DNA of 64,000 nt, taken from NCBI GenBank assembly GCA_002245135.1, contig NGBS01000016.1:62001-126000 (forward strand), read 5' to 3'. Position numbers and translations under genes: made by a program. Shown piece after piece: positions 56,802-64,000 of the stretch (its first letter is position 1; each line of letters opens with the position of its first letter). This DNA is from Proteromonas lacertae. Taxonomy: Eukaryota. The notes beneath the pieces were generated by a model, which made no database searches, was not told where the DNA came from, and was given only the letters and a program-made list of their open reading frames with translations.

Positions 56802-56872
56802 ACCAGTAATACATCAAAACTATTTCATTTAAAAAAGAGTTAATTACAAAAATTAATATATTATTTTATTCT

Positions 56873-57654
56873 TTATTCACGTAATTTCTGTTCCATTTGC
56901 CTTACAATTTCTGATAATCTTTTCATATCCATTTTGTTTTTCTTAATAAAATCAATAGCTTTTGAAGTTAAATTATCGTTTAAACTATATTCTAAGTCTT
57001 TAGTTATCAAATTCGGTTTGGTTGTGATGTTTATTGCAGTTTTATATATTTTAAGAGGTTCATAACTAGGAACATCTACTTTAGCAGTTGTATTGGGTTG
57101 ACGATATATATATTCTCCATATAATTCAAAATATTCATCCACCATCTTAAATAAACCATTGAAATTACTGTCATCTAGATTATGTGTTTCTATGAATTTA
57201 ACCGCTGACAAAAGTGTATCTTCACCTCTTGATTCATCTACTGATATAACTGTATTTAATGTAACAGGTATTTTTGCTTTTACTGGATTTTTAATTATCC
57301 TATTATGGAATTAACAATTTGTAATAATATACATTCTATTATTCCATTTGTTTATAGTCTCATTCAGTAATAGAGATGTAGCTAATGGTGTGAAATGGTT
57401 TCTTTCTGCAAAATCTTGAATTACATCTTTTACCTACAAATAAATATAATACAAATACATTGTCTCTTTCATAGAACCTTAGAATATATTGCTCACCTTC
57501 ATTATATACAGGAACAACTAAAACAAGCTAATTAACAAATAAAACAACCAAGAATACTGATTTTTCAAGTCCTTCTTTCTCAGTCACTTCATCAGAAAAA
57601 ACACAAGAAATAAGTAGCCAATATACAACAAGCAATAAATAGGTTTTTCAACAT
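56873..57654 (-). CDS. Hypothetical probably secreted protein; apparent frameshift in the signal-peptide exon
   Basis: MLKNLFIACCILA...; spliced exons VPVYNEGEQYILRFYERDNVKDVIQDFAERNH joined to ORF 56873-57211. Confidence 0.45.
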
Positions 57655-57753
57655 TTCATAAAAATAAAACTTGAGATGTTCGAGTTGTGACATGTCAATT
57701 ACTTGTGTAATTTTCAAACTTTCAGCTTGATCAAATTTTTCAAAATAGAAATT

Positions 57754-58209
57754 ATGTCTCAAAGACTCTCCCAATCAAAGGATAGAGCAGCGCTTTTTTC
57801 AAATACATACAAGGTATTGTATTATTACTATAACTTAGACCTCTGGAACAGAGAGAAGACGATTTACACAAGAGAATGATAAGTTGATGAGAGAAGATAC
57901 GGAAATGAAAAATGAAATGCTATATGAGAATTTACAAAAGCTTGAACAAGTATGTAAACTCTATTAAACAATATAGACAACAATAAATATTCATGGCGAA
58001 ATAGTAGAACAGAACAATTTATTAAGAGATTTTGTATAATTGTTGATGTTTATTTATAGCAAATGGATATTGATTCAGTCAAAAATCTATTTAGTAGAAT
58101 AAATATGAATATTAAAAGCATGCTACAAGCAGGAGTCAATTCTCATATGTGTTATTTAATACTTTTTTTCGCATTAGTCATTTTCTTAGTTGCTAAACTC
58201 TTTTATTAA
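57754..58209 (+). CDS. BET1: Qc-SNARE, BET1/Sft1-like, three introns
   Basis: Spliced protein DRAALF...LQKLEQTTINIHGEIVEQNNLLRDF...HMCYLILFFALVIFLVAKLFY* (SNARE motif plus C-terminal TM). Confidence 0.75.
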
Positions 58210-58292
58210 TTAATTATTCTATTTCACTTGTTGTCTGGGGTTAAAAGCATTACAAATACAATATTCAAAAATAATAGGAAATAGTTATTAGT

Positions 58293-58606
58293 TTATGCAG
58301 AAGCTTTATTCTCTTGTTCTCTTAAAAATTGTAAATGTCTCTGATACTTACGTTCTTCAACATATGGGTTAGTTTTACCAATGTCATCACAAATAGCTTC
58401 CATGTCATTCATCATATTTTGTTCAAATTTATGCAGTTTAGTAAAAACATAACCACCTGCTGCCATTGTGATTACATGTTCCCATGGGTCTAAATAGTAG
58501 ATTGTTTAGAAAATATACTTCTCATTAATGGGAGTTTTCTAGCTGCATTTACGTATAGTTGTAATGAAAGACCGATTGCACTTCCAACTAAAAATGGACC
58601 AACCAT
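58293..58606 (-). CDS. NDUFC2: Complex I accessory subunit B14.5b/NDUFC2-like, one intron
   Basis: MVGPFLVGSAIGLSLQLYVNAARKLPLMRRPWEHVITMAAGG matches the N-x-x-RKLP-x-MR-x-PWEHV signature of plant/protist B14.5b. Confidence 0.75.
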
Positions 58607-58736
58607 GCTATTAAAATATAAATAGATATAATGTTAATTAGTATAATAAGATAAGATTATGAAAAGATTTTGAGCAAATCAATAAATACTTTTTTGACTG
58701 TCTTTTGCAAAATAGAATTGAATTCTGATTAATTTC

Positions 58737-59970
58737 ATGTCAGAACAATCATCGGAGTCTGAATTAAATTCACCAGAAGAAGATGAAGATATTGTAATAG
58801 AAAGTTCTGATGATGAGAGCGTGTTAGAAGATGATTCAGAGGTTGATGAGAAGAAACCTATTATTAAAGAGCATTTTACTATTCCATTTGAAGATAAAGA
58901 AGTTGAAGAAGAAGAAATAAACAAATATATAGAATTATACAAAAACAAAGAAAGAAGAATGGAGAAAAGTTCACATGTATATTATTTGAGTTAATTTTAA
59001 ATAGTATTCAATAGCAGAGCATGATCCAGAATATGCTGTGAAGACGCTACAGAACTTGATAAAGAAATATCTAAAAAAACAGATTGAACATTTCAAGAGA
59101 GCTATAGAAAAGTGTACAGAGAAAGGTAAAAGCGAGGAACTTCCAGAATTAGAAGAAAAACTTAACTTGTTACAAAAAGTAAATAAAATCAATTTAATGC
59201 ACAAATTGTTATTATATGTCTATAAACTTGATGAAAATGATGAGAAAGTTCCAGTAGAAAATAAGCCAATAGATGACGAAGAACAAAATAGAATAATCAA
59301 CATTTTTCTAACAGAAACGAAATTGAAGAATGATATCGACAGATCACTCTTTAAACCATCAGAAATGCCAAGAGACAAGAATTTGCAAACAAAATACGAA
59401 TATATATCAAAATTAAAAGAAAAAATGAAAATGAAACAATTACAACAACAACAACAACAACCACAGAGCAGTGGTAATAGTAGGAATAACAGACAGTATA
59501 TTTTAGACGGTATAGGAAGTAGTTCATCAGACGATAGAAGAAGAGCAGCAAAATTATTGAAAGATAAAATGATTAACAAAAAAGAGTATCCAATGAGAAG
59601 GAAGAAGAGTGATTATAATGAAGATGGTTCGTTAAAAGCAAAAGCAATTAAAAGAGAAAGGGAAAGAGTGAAGGATGTAGAAGATGACGATAATGAGAAA
59701 GGATATGATAATAGGAAGAAGAGAAGGATGAATCAGAAAGAAAATGTGTCATTTAATAGGAATAATAACAGTAAGAGCAATGATAAAAGAAGGTTTAATA
59801 ATGACAGTAAAAAATTGGATAAAAAGCAGAATAATCAATCTAAAGCAAAACCTGAAGATACCAGTGAATTACATCCATCCTGGGCTGCAGCAAAAATTGC
59901 AAAACAGAAGCAAAAGCTGAAGATTGACTTAAATGCTGCTCCCCAATCAAAGAAAATAGTGTTTGAGTAA
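58737..59970 (+). CDS. BUD22: BUD22/SRFBP1-family nucleolar protein
   Basis: C-terminal LHPSWAAAKIAKQKQ...KKIVFE*; highly charged; one intron near 58977-59004. Confidence 0.75.
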
Positions 59971-60101
59971 TTATCTATTTTGTTTGTTATTATGATAATG
60001 TATTGTGTATTAAATATTAGGATAATTGAATGTAACAGACATTTTTAAAAAATGTCAAACAGGTTTGAGCATTTATAAAACGAAAGTTGAATTGTATTAG
60101 A

Positions 60102-63100
60102 ATGAAAAATAATATATGGATTATATTTTGTATAATGAATATATATACAGTTGTCGTATATTATTTTCGTTTCCTGTATAGATTAATGGTTATTCCTTCC
60201 AGTTTAAGTATAATGAGCTAGGGGACAGATCTTGTAACCACAACGACATACGGTTGGAAGTCTTAAGTAGTACTAAGAATGAGTTTACTATATTTGGTAT
60301 GAATAAAAATGAAATATTCTATAGAGGTGCCAACTTGGACTGGATACTTGATGTGGAAAAAACAGATCAATGATTTAGGAGGAATATGTATAGGAGGAGA
60401 CTCAACAAGAAATATTTACAATGAATGTACAAGTGGAGTAAGAAAGAAGGTTTGTTTAGTGATGATTGATGTTTTAGATGAAGTATTATTTAATTATTAA
60501 TATATCAATTGATATAGGCAATAAACGAGGCAAAATATCACAGTATTGTCAAAGAGTGGGTAGATGAAATAGCTGAAAGAGATTTAGTTAAAAGACCTCA
60601 CTTTATATTCACTCCCATGGGTGATAATTATAACACTATGCGTATATAAAAACTAATTACTTCAATCAATTATAGTTGCTGATTATATATATCAAAAATA
60701 TGGAGATTTTGGATTTAACACCTTTCTCATAGGCTCTTGTGCACCCTCAAAAGCATTTAAAGAGATATATAAATATATGTTTACACCACTAATGAAAACT
60801 GAAGAAAGTTCAACATCAATGATTGAATTCTTTGAAAAACGGTTAAATTATCACAGATGGGTGATATTAACAGATACTAAGACGATGGATTATTCAATAC
60901 AATCAGTAAATGCATTAGTAAGTAAATACAAATCAGTTATGAAACATCCAATGGAATTGTTATTGAAAAGATGTTCTAGCCAAGTATATATTATCATATT
61001 TTTGTAATAATATTTTTAGGTGGGTAATATTTCCGCTCCAAATTGTGATTCAATCAAAGATTGTAACAGTGGTGAAGATTGTCAATATCCGATGGTAAAT
61101 GTATCATCTCCAATTGCCTACAGGAATTATAACTCTGTGAAAGAATGGTTGGAAAAAGTTAAAGAATTAGATCCAGATGTCTTATTCCTTAATAATGATG
61201 CATATTTTAAATCATTTTTAGAAACTTTGAAATTAATTGGATATGCTCCAAAAGCTATAGTTTCATTGATTAGAGGTTATACATTAGAAGAACCACCAAA
61301 TTATGGTTTAGATAATACTTATGTATATTATGAAGCTGCCTTTACTAAATCTCATGGTTATGGAGATGATAGATTAAACAGTTACTTTGGTTCATCCTCA
61401 AAATTCGTGAAATATGTTGAACAGCATTTTCATGACTTTTTCAATGACACATTATACCCGCAAATGGAAGGTTATGAGTTGAATGGTGATTATGAATATA
61501 TCGCAAGAGGTGCTTTAATAGGAGTAACTGTACAAAGATTAATTGAATTAACTTCTACTGAGAGACAAGTTGATTATGATGATGATGAATCATTCTTTAC
61601 AGTTCAGACTATAACCACAATAAGAGACAGTATATATATTTATATATATATATATTATTATTATTGAATAGTGTTAATTAATCATTTTTCTGTATGTAAA
61701 AATGAGGATGATTATACATACACTCAACCATGTAATGTATTAGAATGTCCAACAGAATGTGTCGCATGGGATTCATTCTTTGGACCTGTTGAGATTGATG
61801 CTGATGGAATGAATGGAAAATTAGAAGGAGCATTAGTGCAAATATTACAAAATAAAACAGAAGTTAATATTGTTGCACCATCAAACTCACCATCTTGTAA
61901 CAAAGACGAACATGTTTGTACAGAAGAAAACGGTTATAAAGATTGTACCTGTCATTATGTATCACCACCACCATGGGTATGGAGACCAATTGAACAGGGA
62001 AAATATTATACAGATACAGGAATGTTGGTGTTATTATATGCAATGAGTGGTTTATTAATAGTTGTTACCATTGCGATGTATGTCTTTTATTTTCAAAATA
62101 AGAGAATGTTTCGATTGAATCATATACCTATTTCTACATCTTTATGGTTTGTTATTCCTTTAATATCAGCTGTTACTCAAATCACAATTGTTGGAACTCC
62201 AAATGAATTTGTTTGTTCTTTAGAAATGTGGTTACATTACATGGAATTAGGCTTTTTCACTTGGGTTCCATATTACATGAATAAAGAAGCTGAAATTGAA
62301 TCTTTGACTGTTATTAAAGCAAGATATGAGTTAGTTGGAATTTTTTTTTATTATTTTATTATTTCATGTAAGTTATTCGTTGATCGAATTCCATCTTTAT
62401 ATGATGAGACAATTGAAGGCAATTCATTTATTTTTTATTATTATTGTAAAGAATATCCAACTACTGAACTAATGGCTTATTGTATTTGGGTTTGCGTTTT
62501 AATACAGATGTATTATATTGTATTTAGTAGTTTAAAAAGAAATTTGTTATTGTTTTGGATTCAAGTTTATTATTTGTATATATATATTATTTGTGATTTA
62601 TAATATAGATTTGTTTCCATCCTTTTTGCTTGTATATTATTGGTTGTTTGGCAGAAGGAACCGCTGAGTAGAAGTAGTATTAATTTGGTTTATTCATTAC
62701 ATTGCATATCAGCAATTTTATTTATTGTACCATTTCCATTTATAATTTTCCATAAACCAACTCAAAAATCAATGAAACCTTATACATTCTCATTCTTTAA
62801 GAAGGAAAAGAAATTAAAACATTTCTTGAAGAATAAACTGGATAGAGCTCATATGATATGTTATGCTGAATTATTACAAATGAAGCAATAGTATATTAAT
62901 TATATATTTATTTATTAAAATTAGTATTGAATTTTATGGTGATATTCTGGAATTTGAAAAAATTAAAGAAAAGACAGAATTAGAGATAAAAGCATATGAA
63001 TTATTACATCAGTACATTGAATCTGAATTAATTGCACTATCAGATGACGAAAAAACTCAACTGACCAATCATTTTGCAGCAATTGTATAGATTTTATTCA

Positions 63101-63549
63101 TATATTTTTGTTTATAGAGCAATAATGTATTTGCTGATGTAAAATCCATCATATTCCAATATTTATTAGACAATTTTTGGGATGAGTTTTATCATTCAAT
63201 TTATTATATTATTTGCGAAGAAGACTGGCATTCCCTTCGCTATTTTGAATCTAGATCTACAGAGATTAGAAGAGGAGTTGAGATTAGTTTAGTTGTGAAT
63301 TTGTTGAATAATAATTTGAATGATAGTGAGAAAGAGTTCCTTACAAATAATATGAGTAGAAGGTTTGAAAGTATCGCAATTTCTAGATCTAGAAATTCAA
63401 GTAAAGTTAACTCTATAGCTAGAAGATCTATGGCTACTGCAAGGAAGTCAATACCTTTGGATCAGGTAGTTTCAACTCCTAAGGCAGATAACGATGATAA
63501 AATAGATACCACTAATTTAACACCAAAAGAAGAAGTGAAGAAAGATTAA
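60102..63549 (+). CDS. Receptor-like protein: large periplasmic-binding-like ectodomain, about seven TM segments, C-terminal RGS domain
   Basis: GYLMWKKQINDLGGI, WDSFFGPVEIDADG; successive hydrophobic helices at 62020-62750; spliced tail IEFYGDILEFEK...KAYELLHQYI...VFADVKSIIFQYLLDNFWDEFYHS. Confidence 0.65.
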
Positions 63550-64000
63550 AAACATTGTAACAATAGTTTAGTTTAATTAATGCTTAATTTTCTTTTTTTC
63601 TTAATAATAAAAATATATTCGTTTTGAATGAAAAATGAACGTTAGTCGTAGAAAAAGCTATACAAACTCTTACGTATTTATATATTTACATTTATATACT
63701 CTATATATTATTATCTTTTAATTCTATACTTCATATTACTTATTTAAACAATATTTATTCTAAAATCTCGTAGATAGCTCCATATAACTCATATTCAAAT
63801 GTATTTCGCTCAAATAAAAAGCATCAACCAGAATACCAAGATTTAAGTGTATAAATTACATTCTAATATTGTAGTTAAAAGATATACACATTTTAAAGAA
63901 ATCATTAGAGGAAGAGTATGATACTTTGCAAAGTGAATATAGAAGACTGCTAATATCTGTATAAATTTAGAAATGTTATAAAAATTCTAGACATTAGAGA

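Noticed and set aside
59981..59988. TGTTTGTT 10 nt after the BUD22 stop, recalling Blastocystis poly(A)-completed stop codons
   Set aside because: All reconstructed genes have genomic stop codons; other 3' ends show only loose T/GT-rich tracts
63740..64000. Possible 3' end of a minus-strand gene
   Set aside because: Could not assemble a consistent spliced frame
1..64000. rRNA, tRNA, snRNA genes or CRISPR arrays
   Set aside because: None recognised by eye; repeats present are coding microsatellites. A covariance-model scan was not possible.

Overview
Very AT-rich, gene-dense eukaryotic (protist) DNA with tiny GT-AG introns (mostly ~25-45 nt) and short intergenic spacers, so the six-frame ORFs are exon fragments of about 30 genes. 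The style and gene content fit a Blastocystis/Proteromonas-like stramenopile (inference only). Recognisable housekeeping genes: UBR1-type N-recognin, CHMP1/Did2, MSH5, two identical RPS11 copies, p24/TMED, Rab5, ArfGAP, PWP1, deoxyhypusine synthase, PI4KA, BET1-like SNARE, NDUFC2 and BUD22. Unusual features: (i) a ~755-bp inverted duplication of RPS11 enclosing ~4 kb; (ii) an accessory-looking block at ~31.6-50 kb containing a single spliced gene with two Crinkler/RHS-type NTPase modules joined by a Gly/Arg-acidic NLS linker, an atypical Hsp70, and three paralogous pseudokinases fused to nucleoredoxin or to LRRs; (iii) a large-ectodomain/multi-TM/RGS receptor; (iv) a secreted beta-helix glycosidase-like protein; (v) a recurrent ATCAAGC motif near gene starts. 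Several single-base frameshifts may be assembly errors. Gene ends were reconstructed by eye and some are approximate.
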